From IMG/VR virus record IMGVR_UViG_3300046047_000272: a stretch of DNA of 64,000 bases; one strand, given 5' to 3'. The DNA is from a virus (lineage: Duplodnaviria; Heunggongvirae; Uroviricota; Caudoviricetes). The notes below the pieces were generated by a model that saw only the letters and a program-made list of their open reading frames with translations, ran no database searches and was not told where the DNA came from. A program made the position numbers and the translations under genes. This document shows, in pieces, positions 30,137 to 40,587 of the stretch (its first letter is position 1; each line of letters begins with the position of its first letter).

Positions 30137-30520
30137 TTATTCCCAGTTTGATCCTAATACCTCATGTGATCCAGTAAAATCTATAGGACGACGTTCATCA
30201 AGATTGTCAACATCATCGGCTTCATTGATAGTTCGTTCGAACGATCTTCTCGTTTCTGGTGACATGTTATCCTCGTCAACGCCAATCTCAAAATCTGGCA
30301 TTTGATCTGATAGTCGTTGCAAGACAAGTAGGGCTTCTCCAACGGCAACATCTTCTGACGCCTTCGTCGTTCCATTGAGAATACGAAGGAAGAAATCACC
30401 ATTCGTATCGAAGAAGGTTCCATCTGAAAGCGTGAATGCTGCTCTTCCAAATTCTTGATTAATCATGCAATGATAGGTGTGATCGTCAATCTGGACGGTG
30501 ATGGTATTAGTTGTATCCAT
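30137..30520 (-). CDS. Hypothetical protein.
   Basis: ORF at the end of the minus-strand operon. Confidence 0.4.
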   Translation of the reverse strand: MDTTNTITVQIDDHTYHCMINQEFGRAAFTLSDGTFFDTNGDFFLRILNGTTKASEDVAVGEALLVLQRLSDQMPDFEIGVDEDNMSPETRRSFERTINEADDVDNLDERRPIDFTGSHEVLGSNWE

Positions 30521-30580
30521 GAGATGAGGATATCTTAGATCGTCTCAATCGGACTGGTATCATTGATGGTCGTCGTATCC

Positions 30581-31108
30581 TTAAATAGCGTCATCGTTAG
30601 TTTTACGGTGCCAAGGTAGGAATGAGCAAGCGTCCATAGCTAAGGATAGTACGGTAAATACTGGTAGAGCATAGAAGAGAATGGATACTCCTGATACGAT
30701 GGCTGATAATACAACGGAGTATTCTATTGGTGGCTGAGCATAGACGTCCTTAATCATGAACCCTGTAGCAGCGACAAGCATCGCATTGCCAAGGATGGAC
30801 CAGAATCCGCACCATAGGTTTCCGCGATCATTAGAAAATGCTATGCCCTGAAAAGTCCATGCACCGAACACTGGGATGATAATCATGATGGTAATGACGG
30901 TTAGTGGTATATCAGCCATTGAATGAACATGTGGTAGTACAAAGATTAATAATGCACAGATTGAAGCTAATCCAAGTATCAGGAACCATTTTGTCACATG
31001 ATCCTCAACATGATGATGCTCACTCCTTCTCGATACAGCCAAGTTAAAAGACCATTTTGCGGGGATAAAGAGCGCAGCTAGAAATAAGAACATAACCATA
31101 AGTATCAT
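30581..31108 (-). CDS. Hypothetical polytopic membrane protein.
   Basis: About five hydrophobic helices. Lies downstream of flotillin. Confidence 0.45.
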   Translation of the reverse strand: MILMVMFLFLAALFIPAKWSFNLAVSRRSEHHHVEDHVTKWFLILGLASICALLIFVLPHVHSMADIPLTVITIMIIIPVFGAWTFQGIAFSNDRGNLWCGFWSILGNAMLVAATGFMIKDVYAQPPIEYSVVLSAIVSGVSILFYALPVFTVLSLAMDACSFLPWHRKTNDDAI

Positions 31109-31289
31109 ATTGTTTTCTCCTCTTCCTTAATTTGAGGTAATTAGCAATGATCATGGTGAATACGATATTGAGTATGATTTGCCCGTACACCTATACGATA
31201 TCAATGGCACCAGGAGCATCGCATGTATAAATGGCCGGGAACCATCAATACTATGATTAGGTGGTTCCCGGCCATTATGGTTGATGTGA

Positions 31290-32663
31290 TTACTTCTCAG
31301 ATTTTGCATCATCAGTATTCGGTGATGCCTCAACCTCGTCGTGTGAATGATCGGTGCCAGCGATCTTCCTGAGTGATGCTGACAGGTCCACGCCAGTAAG
31401 CGTATTGACTAATGTCGGCAGCTTAGCCGCAAGATTCGTCACTAGACTCGATGTCTGATCATTCGCATCGGTACCAACACTCGTGATCTTCGCGCCCTCT
31501 AATGGCTTGCTGATAGCAGAAGCCAGTTCTGGAAGCTTCTCGATAATCAGTGATTGCAACGCAGCCTGTCCATATCGCTTGTAAGCATCAGCCTTCTTCG
31601 TCATGGCCTCAGCCTCAGCAAGACCCTGAGCCTTAATTGAGGAGGCCTTAGCGTCACCCTCAATCTTAACGGCATCAGCTTGAGCCTGTGCCCTCAATCG
31701 AGTAGCCTCAGCCTCAGCAGTAGCTGTCTGCTTGGTGACCTCAGCCTGAGCCTCGGCATCGATCTTCCTCTTATACTTGTCAGCGTCAGCCTTCGTATTC
31801 ACTTCATACTCTAACTTGACTCTCTGCAACTTAACATTCTCAGCCTCAGCAAGAGCCTCGGCCTCAGCGATCTTCTTATTCTGAGCCTGCTGTTCAAGAC
31901 TCTTAGCGGCATCGGCCGAGACCTCGGCCTTATTCGTTTCAGCTCGAATAGCGGCCTGTTGTAGGGACAACGCCTTCTGACTTGACGCGACTTCCTGGTC
32001 AGCGCTAATCTGAGCCTGCTGAGCTTTCTGCTTAGCGTTAGCATTAGCTATGGCCGCCTCTCGCTTGACGGCAGCCTCCTGAGGAGTACCTAGAGCTTCG
32101 ATGTAGCCATTCTGATCAGTGATTTCCTGAATCTGCAGAGTATCAAGTATTAATCCTTGAATATTGATGGAGTCAGCGACTTCTTGACGGAGATTCTCTG
32201 AGAACGCGGCCCTGTCTCCAAGGAGGCTCTCAACAGTCATGGTTCCAACAATGGATCTCATGGATCCCTCAATGATCTCCTTGACATATGGCTCCATTAA
32301 TTGCTCTTGCTTAGCAAATCTCTGAGCAGCCAGTCGAATAGACTCATCGGTGTTGTCAACCTTGAAATTAGTGACCACCTTTAATTGAATCTTAATCTTA
32401 TCCTGAGAAATAGCATCACATTGCGTGCTGATCTGGTGGGATCGGAGCGATATGCTGACGCATCGATTCACGATGGGCAGGACGAATCCACCCTTATTCT
32501 GTAATACGCGAGTAGCCTTATGACCATCAGAATCCTTACTACTCGATCCAGAGATAATGAACGCCTCGTTAATGGTTGGCGTCTTATATCGACTGACGAG
32601 GAACCAGATCAACAATAGGACGATCACAACAATCGCTCCTACGCCAGCTATAGTATTTAGCAT
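31290..32663 (-). CDS. floT: Flotillin (SPFH/band-7 domain plus an Ala/Glu/Gln-rich flotillin coiled-coil region).
   Basis: N-terminal transmembrane segment, an SPFH-like segment, and a long AEAQ-rich coiled coil (KAEVSADAAKSLEQQAQ...). Start set at the ATG after an AAGGAAG ribosome-binding site. Confidence 0.75.
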   Translation of the reverse strand: MLNTIAGVGAIVVIVLLLIWFLVSRYKTPTINEAFIISGSSSKDSDGHKATRVLQNKGGFVLPIVNRCVSISLRSHQISTQCDAISQDKIKIQLKVVTNFKVDNTDESIRLAAQRFAKQEQLMEPYVKEIIEGSMRSIVGTMTVESLLGDRAAFSENLRQEVADSINIQGLILDTLQIQEITDQNGYIEALGTPQEAAVKREAAIANANAKQKAQQAQISADQEVASSQKALSLQQAAIRAETNKAEVSADAAKSLEQQAQNKKIAEAEALAEAENVKLQRVKLEYEVNTKADADKYKRKIDAEAQAEVTKQTATAEAEATRLRAQAQADAVKIEGDAKASSIKAQGLAEAEAMTKKADAYKRYGQAALQSLIIEKLPELASAISKPLEGAKITSVGTDANDQTSSLVTNLAAKLPTLVNTLTGVDLSASLRKIAGTDHSHDEVEASPNTDDAKSEK

Positions 32664-32764
32664 TGGTGTCTTCCTTTCTATAATAATTGATGTCATCATG
32701 ACACCATATCATGATATGGCGCATTGTACCATTACAGGAAAAGAAGACGGAGGCATGGAATGCG

Positions 32765-33298
32765 TCATCGTCTTAATGAAGCTGAGTAAACGTAGGACAT
32801 TGATTCGAAGAGTGTCATATGACCATGATTAAAGACAATGGATCCATTACGCATCCGTCCAGCGGGGTCAACATAGGTTACGCTAACGGTTGTATGAGAT
32901 GGACGATGCATTGATTGAGCTACGATATTGGAAAGATCCATATCAGCTGATGTTTGTAATTGCGTCACATCGTAGTAATCATTGAATGCCGATATAGTTG
33001 ACGATACTTGTTGATCGGCTATTGATGCATTGACCATCGTCACGCCAATATACGACCATGAACATGAAGCTATAATAACGCCAAGAATCATCACGATGAA
33101 TCGATGTATCGGTTGCATCATATCTGGCATACGATGATGAGCATGATGAGCAATCATAGATTGCCTACCAGTATTAGTCACTTGGTCAATGATCACCATC
33201 ATAATAACCGACGCTATCACGCTTACGCACACGACACCTGCAACCATCATTGATGAGGCTGTGACCATTGCTGTTGAGATGACCATCTTAGTATCCAA
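32765..33298 (-). CDS. Hypothetical membrane protein.
   Basis: Hydrophobic N-terminal half. His-rich patch. Confidence 0.4.
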   Translation of the reverse strand: MDTKMVISTAMVTASSMMVAGVVCVSVIASVIMMVIIDQVTNTGRQSMIAHHAHHRMPDMMQPIHRFIVMILGVIIASCSWSYIGVTMVNASIADQQVSSTISAFNDYYDVTQLQTSADMDLSNIVAQSMHRPSHTTVSVTYVDPAGRMRNGSIVFNHGHMTLFESMSYVYSASLRR

Positions 33299-33378
33299 TC
33301 CACTATGAAGATAACTACGATAATCATATCATGAGGAACCGTATGACACGCGGATTAGCATTTGCTGAACGATGACCG

Positions 33379-33999
33379 CTATAACTGTGGCGATTGCAAT
33401 GGTTGGTCATCCTGCGTCATATCAGTAGTTATTGCGTCCAACGTGTCAGCATTGACTTGTTCTTGACGCATGGCGTCCTGTTGACGCTTTTGATTCTGAG
33501 CTGATTGTAATACATGAACGATAATAAGATTCCTACGATCATCGTATTGGTCAATAGATAATTCGTCACCCTGTGAAACATCAGTGTCAGCAACGAATCT
33601 GATAGCTACTCTCTCACCATTGATAACCATTGATGACGCTCCCACTAAATTCGCCTTCGTCGTGGTCTGAGCGATAATTGAATGACCTATACTATCCGAT
33701 ATCGATCGTTCGTTACCATCACTTGATCGTTTCATGAGAGCACTGATGATTTTGACGACAATAGATGATGATATAAGCCCAGCAATGCCAGAAACGCCCA
33801 TAACGGTCAATGCTGGTAAGCCTAATCCTATGGTAATCATAGCAGACGCTCCAGCAATACCCATGAAAGCACCAATGGCTCCAGTAATGAACGATCCCCC
33901 ACCCTCAAAACCAAAATCAACGCCAATATCAGATCCTAACGCTGATAACGCTAATAGCCCAGCACCAATAACCGTTATTAGAATAGTCCAGGATATCAT
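33379..33999 (-). CDS. NfeD-like membrane protein (multi-transmembrane N-terminus plus a C-terminal OB-fold beta-barrel).
   Basis: Gly-rich transmembrane helices followed by NLVGASSMVINGERVAIRFVADTDVSQGDELSI. Its architecture and its position near flotillin resemble YuaF/NfeD. Confidence 0.5.
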   Translation of the reverse strand: MISWTILITVIGAGLLALSALGSDIGVDFGFEGGGSFITGAIGAFMGIAGASAMITIGLGLPALTVMGVSGIAGLISSSIVVKIISALMKRSSDGNERSISDSIGHSIIAQTTTKANLVGASSMVINGERVAIRFVADTDVSQGDELSIDQYDDRRNLIIVHVLQSAQNQKRQQDAMRQEQVNADTLDAITTDMTQDDQPLQSPQL

Positions 34000-34002
34000 A
34001 TG

Positions 34003-34806
34003 CTACTCCTCTATTTCATCAAGTTCAGCGACACCGGGAAGAGGCGATGATACGGCCTTAAGATCAATTAGATGACTTGCTGTTACATCGTTTCCATTAG
34101 CGTCAACAAGATGATGAACGCCATATCGTTTCAAGAATTCCTGTAGGGTCATACGACTACCCATTGGCCCCCAATTCCATTCTACAGTAGCGTACTTCCA
34201 GTCCGGCATCTTTGATAATATGCCAGTGTTTACAGCATGGGAGAGGGCAACCTTGACTCCAGGATTCGTCTCAGACGTCGCGAAGGCCTCATCAATACAA
34301 CCATCAGTGTTCACACTATATCGAATCATCGATAAATCAACGATTGTATCACCATGTCCTGCCTCTAGTAGGAGACCATCATTCCTGATGGTACATGGAA
34401 CTGAGACGGTATGACGGAGTGTCGTAGCCGCTGTATAGAACGTCGGATCCCATGAGACGAGAATTGCCGTGTCATCAGATGGCTGCATGATCTTGGATTT
34501 AGGGGTTACCGTGTCCTCTTCGTCCCCGGACAATCGTTCTAATAAATGATCAATGCTGATACCATGATCGTGCGACAGATGTAACACGTCAATGAGCTCC
34601 TCGGTCGCTTGATCATCCACACCGACAAGGCCCTGTCGCTGAATTGATCTTACACCAGCGATAAGAATTGATAATACAATATCCTCAGGATCTGCTGTTT
34701 GGGCGTCCTCGACACCGGCCTCTAATAGTATTCGACTTTTATTCACTGATTTAACAGCCGATTTTAGGATGCTGACGCCCCTATCAATAGTTTTCTGATC
34801 AGTCAT
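34003..34806 (-). CDS. Hypothetical protein.
   Basis: ORF. ATGA-type overlap with the upstream gene. Confidence 0.4.
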   Translation of the reverse strand: MTDQKTIDRGVSILKSAVKSVNKSRILLEAGVEDAQTADPEDIVLSILIAGVRSIQRQGLVGVDDQATEELIDVLHLSHDHGISIDHLLERLSGDEEDTVTPKSKIMQPSDDTAILVSWDPTFYTAATTLRHTVSVPCTIRNDGLLLEAGHGDTIVDLSMIRYSVNTDGCIDEAFATSETNPGVKVALSHAVNTGILSKMPDWKYATVEWNWGPMGSRMTLQEFLKRYGVHHLVDANGNDVTASHLIDLKAVSSPLPGVAELDEIEE

Positions 34807-36268
34807 GATTGTCCCCTACTAATTGTTGCTCCAAGGCGCTAAGATCTTGAGCTTGAGCAGTGACGAATAATCTCGTAGCTGGGTCAAGACGCAATGAACG
34901 ATGACCAATAGACAGGACGCGATCCGTTAATAGTGTTTTCCTAGTCGATGGCGTATCGACGGTAATACCATCGACGACGATCATAGCATGTCCTGATAAT
35001 GCGTCGATCATCCAGGATGGGATGACGATATGCTGATCATCGTCAACTTTTACGTCAAGGTCATGATCGTTTGATAGGATCACGAGAGTGGATTGATCAG
35101 CGTCAGCTAATTGTTTGAACATCGTATAATCATGCCGTCCCCCACGACTCTGATTAGCCATAAACCAAATGTCCTCAGGCTGATGATGCAATTGCCGTTT
35201 TAGCTCCTCATTCTCTGATCTCAGTATTTCGAGAAGATCATCCTCATTGAGACCAGAATTGATAGGATGATCTGTCTGATCATCCTCAATGATATCGTGC
35301 ACAGATTCAGACGGTTCTGTTTGACTTTCCGACTGATCATCATGATTCGTCGTCGTGTTTTTATGGTCATCATACGGTAAACCGTAAGCGTCATCATGTA
35401 ATGGAAGATCGTTGAATCCGGCGTATCGTTCTAAGAATTTCTTAGCTCTATCTGCTATCGGTGTTTGATCATCGTCCTGGTCATTGTCAGACACCATGTT
35501 CTCTATGGCGTCAGCTAAGGCACGTGGATCCATAATAGGTTGATCATCAGGACTATGATCTTCTAGAGGCAATGGAGGGCTAGTGTAATCATCAGCTTCC
35601 TGTTGAGCAATAACCCTAGCCTGCGCCTCACTGGAATCACCGTATTGGAAATCTGATGGATGCTGTTCATAGACGTATAACTGTTGCAATTTTGGATGCT
35701 GCTTCAAGTATCCGCTCGGCATGATTGATCCTATAGGTACATAATCCGATGACGATGAATCTGGGTCTATGAGTAATACGACATCATCGTTATTCAGAGC
35801 TATACGGCCATCAATGACACCATGGTCTTCCATCTTCCAACCCTTGAATGTCGCTCTGGCATCCTTACCATTCAACTCTGACACTGGTATTGATCGATAA
35901 TCAATAGTGACTCCGGGAAAATCTTCTTGGTCATGTACATCAGATTCACGGCCATCAGTTGCTGTGTCAATATCGTCAGCATCGGCTTCAGACAAAATCT
36001 CGACCCATTGATTAGCGAACATTTTCAGTCTTTTAGCCTGCTCAACATCTAGTCCATCAATACTGTTAATCTTATTCCAAAATTTCAGGAGGGATACCTG
36101 ATCAATGACCATCGTCGCTTGATCGGCAAGCGCAATGCGATCATAGGCGTCGAAAGCATCGTCAATATGGCCATTGTCTAAATCCTTAAGAGCAGACACC
36201 TGCATCTTCCTGACCGTAGTTATGGTCGTATCATTATTCATGTCTATATGCTCCTCTATCGTGTGCAA
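34799..36268 (-). CDS. Hypothetical acidic protein (489 aa).
   Basis: Long ORF. Asp-rich. Confidence 0.45.
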   Translation of the reverse strand: MHTIEEHIDMNNDTTITTVRKMQVSALKDLDNGHIDDAFDAYDRIALADQATMVIDQVSLLKFWNKINSIDGLDVEQAKRLKMFANQWVEILSEADADDIDTATDGRESDVHDQEDFPGVTIDYRSIPVSELNGKDARATFKGWKMEDHGVIDGRIALNNDDVVLLIDPDSSSSDYVPIGSIMPSGYLKQHPKLQQLYVYEQHPSDFQYGDSSEAQARVIAQQEADDYTSPPLPLEDHSPDDQPIMDPRALADAIENMVSDNDQDDDQTPIADRAKKFLERYAGFNDLPLHDDAYGLPYDDHKNTTTNHDDQSESQTEPSESVHDIIEDDQTDHPINSGLNEDDLLEILRSENEELKRQLHHQPEDIWFMANQSRGGRHDYTMFKQLADADQSTLVILSNDHDLDVKVDDDQHIVIPSWMIDALSGHAMIVVDGITVDTPSTRKTLLTDRVLSIGHRSLRLDPATRLFVTAQAQDLSALEQQLVGDNHD

Positions 36269-36389
36269 TTATCATAGTACCTATATGATGTAGATATCGA
36301 TCTAATGGGAAACGCCGTGAACGATACCGTCAATACTTCCATGTATACTTGATTGTATCAGTATTCATCCAATATGATAAGGAGTCATC

Positions 36390-36770
36390 ATGTCCGCAAG
36401 AACCGTAGAATACACTGATTTCAATAACACCATCACAGAAGATGTGGAACGAAGCTCAGACACTATACAACTCATCAACACTGATCTCAAACCGTATATC
36501 GGCAAGGTGGCTGTCTGTCGAATGGATGAGTCTAATGACCATAGAACACTCATCGGTATGATTGATACTTGGCCCTCAGGTCATATCGTCCTGGTTCCAG
36601 ACCACCGGTACCCGGACGAGCCACTGCCACCATCAACTCCGGCATCATTCAGAACCATCCTATTGTCCAATAGGAATGGGAGACCCACACCAGCAATTAT
36701 GCGTAAGGTTACGAGTCTCCTCGTCATGAAGGACGATCAATCCTCAAGCATTATCTGGTCGATGATCTGA
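36390..36770 (+). CDS. Hypothetical protein.
   Basis: Isolated plus-strand ORF with an AAGGAG ribosome-binding site. Confidence 0.4.
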   Translation: MSARTVEYTDFNNTITEDVERSSDTIQLINTDLKPYIGKVAVCRMDESNDHRTLIGMIDTWPSGHIVLVPDHRYPDEPLPPSTPASFRTILLSNRNGRPTPAIMRKVTSLLVMKDDQSSSIIWSMI

Positions 36771-38285
36771 GTCTGAATCGTCGTTATCCTGTTCATCAGT
36801 GAAAGGATTGATCGGTGATAACGCTGGTGATTCAATCGTAGCGTCATGGTCAGCTGTGGTCAATAATGGTGCAACTTCGCTGACCATCCTACTCGCATGT
36901 TCAGCCAATTCATCCTCGATATGACGAAGACTATCAGATCCATGAACAGCCGCAGCTTCAATCTCAGTTAATTCTGATCGTTTTGCTGACATAATGTCTG
37001 ATATGGATAGATGATACGCGGCATTCACGATGCTTAATGATGCTGGGTCTAATCCATTAGCTTGTTTAAGAGCCATCGATTGATCCTGCAGCTCATCAAG
37101 TTCCGCTTGAACTGTTCTTCTCAGATCTACAAGGTCTGACGCCCTCACCGCTGAATGCTCATCGTGGTCTACTTTACCAAGAACATGGACTTCGCCAGCT
37201 AGTTGATCCTCGTCTAATGTAGATGTGATGATCATTGGCTCTTTGAGCTTGGATGGTCGTTCCTTTGATTCATTGATTTTAGCGTATAGGCTGAGATATT
37301 GTTCAGCTTCATAGGGCGTCATATCACAATCTGATGATAATGGACGAGATGATGAGAACCAGATCATTCGGCCATCAGTGGATACATTGACGTTCTTTAT
37401 CTGCACAGTATCAGCTTCGTAATGATCATTGATATATGCTTGCACCTGAGCATTCGCTGCATCCATCAACGATCGCGGCGTGGCAAGATCGTTATCATAT
37501 TGCCAACATAGCCATCCACTGGTCGTCTCTAAGATTGCACCTGGTCGTTGAATAGGTTGTTGATGCTTCTTATTGTTCCTTTTCCGAGCACGAATTCGTT
37601 GTATAAGTGATTGTCTCGTAGATGAGTTCTTCGATTGGCTGGTCACATACCGATATAGCGCGGCGATGCCGAAGCATGATAATAATATGGATAAGAACCA
37701 TGCCGAGCATATACCAAAGAATATGGCGAGTATGAAGAGTGTCTTAGCCTGTTTTAGATCCTTGGTTATAGGACGTTTACCATTGGTGACTGTAGACACG
37801 AGCTTATGATATTCTCGTTCATCTGGTGCTGACTGATGCATAAGATCGTCATGGAATGATTTGATGTGATATGGATCGTTATCTGCTTTTAGATTCATGA
37901 CGGTGTCTTCAAGGCGATAATGCTCGTCGTATGATATGGCTAACACCTGTGATTTTCTCCGTCGCCATTGGAAGTCTGATATCATATCCTTCGTGACGGT
38001 AGCAGCCCAATCATGGTGGCCATTACTGATCATGTCTTCAGCTATTCGCTGTAGAATCACACTATGATCAGCAACAAGATCTTGCTGATATCCATATGGC
38101 ATCTGAATATACAGTCCGCCGATTGATCCATCAAGATTCGTCTTCACTGACCACGATATAGCCGCATTGTTAATCGTCGATTGACGATAGTCCCATGTAG
38201 ACCATACATCAGTCCTCATAGCTGACATGACGTCATCTGAGGACACGACGACTGATCTTGGTCGAAGCTGATGATTCGTGATCAT
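36744..38285 (-). CDS. Hypothetical membrane protein (central transmembrane helix, coiled-coil C-terminus).
   Basis: Hydrophobic segment LFILAIFFGICSAWFLSILLSCFGIAALY. Confidence 0.45.
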   Translation of the reverse strand: MITNHQLRPRSVVVSSDDVMSAMRTDVWSTWDYRQSTINNAAISWSVKTNLDGSIGGLYIQMPYGYQQDLVADHSVILQRIAEDMISNGHHDWAATVTKDMISDFQWRRRKSQVLAISYDEHYRLEDTVMNLKADNDPYHIKSFHDDLMHQSAPDEREYHKLVSTVTNGKRPITKDLKQAKTLFILAIFFGICSAWFLSILLSCFGIAALYRYVTSQSKNSSTRQSLIQRIRARKRNNKKHQQPIQRPGAILETTSGWLCWQYDNDLATPRSLMDAANAQVQAYINDHYEADTVQIKNVNVSTDGRMIWFSSSRPLSSDCDMTPYEAEQYLSLYAKINESKERPSKLKEPMIITSTLDEDQLAGEVHVLGKVDHDEHSAVRASDLVDLRRTVQAELDELQDQSMALKQANGLDPASLSIVNAAYHLSISDIMSAKRSELTEIEAAAVHGSDSLRHIEDELAEHASRMVSEVAPLLTTADHDATIESPALSPINPFTDEQDNDDSDSDHRPDNA

Positions 38286-38334
38286 ATCTATCTGTTCCTT
38301 CTACTCGTATAGACAAATATCCATGATTATCGTA

Positions 38335-38916
38335 TCATAGATCGTAATGATTCGTCTTTAATGATGGTTCCTTTCCAGTAGAGCTTACTAATCTTGCTCT
38401 TCCATTATTGATTTGGAGGGTACCATTGATTTTCATGCTACCTGTTGTAGGATACCACGTCACATTAAATGTCTGTCCACGAAGATTATCGACTCGTACA
38501 GCGTGTCCACCATTGATGAGAGCATCGTTCTGAGTCGATCCTGTCAGCGTGATCTCATTAATCTCATAGGTGTTGACGAGATCCTGGAAGTTGACACTGC
38601 TTGATCCTATATTTGGAAGGAACATAACGATAAGTATGGTGAATGTGATGAGTCCAGCTGTGGCTACGACACCAACTCTACTCCGATCCCTAATGACGTC
38701 ATGATCCGTGTTCTTAATCCGATTAACAATTTGGTATTTCTGATGCGTAGCAATATCGAAGATTGACGCCATCGCTCTCCATGTGCATACTATGACTAAG
38801 GATAATAAGCTGGCTATGACGAGAATCATGACAATAGTGCTCTTCACGCCTCCGGTACTCACGGCTATAGGATACGTGGCCTTTGATACACCGATAACGG
38901 CGAGAATCATACTCAT
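38335..38916 (-). CDS. Hypothetical membrane protein.
   Basis: Three N-terminal hydrophobic helices. Confidence 0.45.
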   Translation of the reverse strand: MSMILAVIGVSKATYPIAVSTGGVKSTIVMILVIASLLSLVIVCTWRAMASIFDIATHQKYQIVNRIKNTDHDVIRDRSRVGVVATAGLITFTILIVMFLPNIGSSSVNFQDLVNTYEINEITLTGSTQNDALINGGHAVRVDNLRGQTFNVTWYPTTGSMKINGTLQINNGRARLVSSTGKEPSLKTNHYDL

Positions 38917-39156
38917 AATACTTACTCCTTACTGTCGATATGATGTAGATATAAGTAGAACAGCTGATCAATATCCATAGAATATTCGTGAGCTGATATC
39001 GTTATTGTTAAGACGATGGATTATGGTGTAATACTTAGTAAAAGGCGCTTTTAATAGCGTGACGAGATTATACGACAATCTCATTCATATACAAATATCC
39101 GGTATCGGATCATATCTATCACGTCAAAGAAACGTGATAAGGAAGGGAATGATTAC

Positions 39157-40587
39157 ATGAACAAGACCATAAAGATGCTGTCTGGCGTCATTGGTGCGGC
39201 CATGATCGCGGCATTGATACCAGCGACGGCCTCAGCTGCTACGCCAACGGGATCAATAACCGTTGATAACGTGGAGGATGGCGTATCCATAACCGCCTAC
39301 CAAGTCGTGACGGCCAATGTCAACGAGGACGGATCACCGAATGATCCTGAGTACACTTGGAACACCAAGCTACAGGATTTCGTGAAGAGCAATTATCCAT
39401 CATACATCAATGCCTCTAACGGATCTGTAACCACGGCATTCAATAAGGACCTGCCGGCTGAGTCAACAGCAGCCTTCTTCGACAAGGTCGCTGCTCAGAT
39501 CAGAAGCGGAAACATTGCTATTGAGGCCGCTAAGACCATTGAATCGGGCTCAGCTTCGTCAAACGTGTTGAGTGATCTCCCCGCAGGTCAATACCTCGTT
39601 CTCATTGAAAAGGGTAAGAACGTCTATCGACCATCAGTGGCTAATGTGACGCCAGTAGATCAGGACGGATCATGGGCTATAGCGAATCCCACTCTAGAAA
39701 TTAAGGAGAGCACACCAAGCATCGAGAAGACCGAGTCTGATAACGACACGCAATTCGGTCTTAACGATACGGCTCGATTCCAACTGTTGTCAGACGTTCC
39801 TGTCTATCCGTCGAACTCATTGGATAAGACGTATGCGATTTCTGATCGTCTACCGGCTGGACTATCCTTCAACAATGATGTCGTCGTTACTGGCGTCAAG
39901 GGATCTGACTCCACGATATTGACTGCTGACGCTGGAGATTTCACGCAAAGCGCAACTGATGTAAAGGGCAATGCTACCACATTCACCCTCAAATTCAATT
40001 ATGATAAGGTGTCAGCATTTGACGCTATCAAAGTGACGTATAGCGCTAAGATTAATGATCAGGCCGTCATCACTGACGGTAACACGAACACCGCTTCTAT
40101 TGAATACACGAATAAGCCATATGACACCGATGGATACACGACTGACACCAGTAAGGTCACCGTGTACACCTATGGCATCAAGGTCCTAAAGACTGACGAG
40201 GACGGAAAGACGCCTTTGTCAGGTGCAGAGTTCGAGTTGAAGAATGATCAGGGCAAGGTTGTGTCTACTCAGACATCTGATAAGGATGGATTACTGAGCT
40301 TTGATCGACTTGATGTTGGCACATACACGATCACTGAGACGAAGGCACCAGCCGGATATGTCAAGAAGGCTGATGTCACGACAGTGACGATTACTGACGC
40401 TGATAAGGATGGTAAGGTTGATGGTGCATCGACAGGATATGCATCGGTATCAATAACTAATTCGAAGTCATTCGAGCTTGGTAAGACCGGCGCTACCGGC
40501 ATTGCCGTATTAACGGCTGCAGGCATCCTGCTCATTGCTGGTGGATCTCTTATTCTTATGAAGAAGAAAGCTAACAAGAATGCGTAA
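39157..40587 (+). CDS. Sortase-dependent pilin or surface subunit (signal peptide, Cna-B E-box domain, C-terminal LPXTG-like sorting signal).
   Basis: Signal peptide MNKTIKMLSGVIGAAMIAALIPATASA. E-box YTITETKAPAGY. C-terminus FELGKTG plus a hydrophobic stretch plus KKKANKNA. Confidence 0.7.
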   Translation: MNKTIKMLSGVIGAAMIAALIPATASAATPTGSITVDNVEDGVSITAYQVVTANVNEDGSPNDPEYTWNTKLQDFVKSNYPSYINASNGSVTTAFNKDLPAESTAAFFDKVAAQIRSGNIAIEAAKTIESGSASSNVLSDLPAGQYLVLIEKGKNVYRPSVANVTPVDQDGSWAIANPTLEIKESTPSIEKTESDNDTQFGLNDTARFQLLSDVPVYPSNSLDKTYAISDRLPAGLSFNNDVVVTGVKGSDSTILTADAGDFTQSATDVKGNATTFTLKFNYDKVSAFDAIKVTYSAKINDQAVITDGNTNTASIEYTNKPYDTDGYTTDTSKVTVYTYGIKVLKTDEDGKTPLSGAEFELKNDQGKVVSTQTSDKDGLLSFDRLDVGTYTITETKAPAGYVKKADVTTVTITDADKDGKVDGASTGYASVSITNSKSFELGKTGATGIAVLTAAGILLIAGGSLILMKKKANKNA

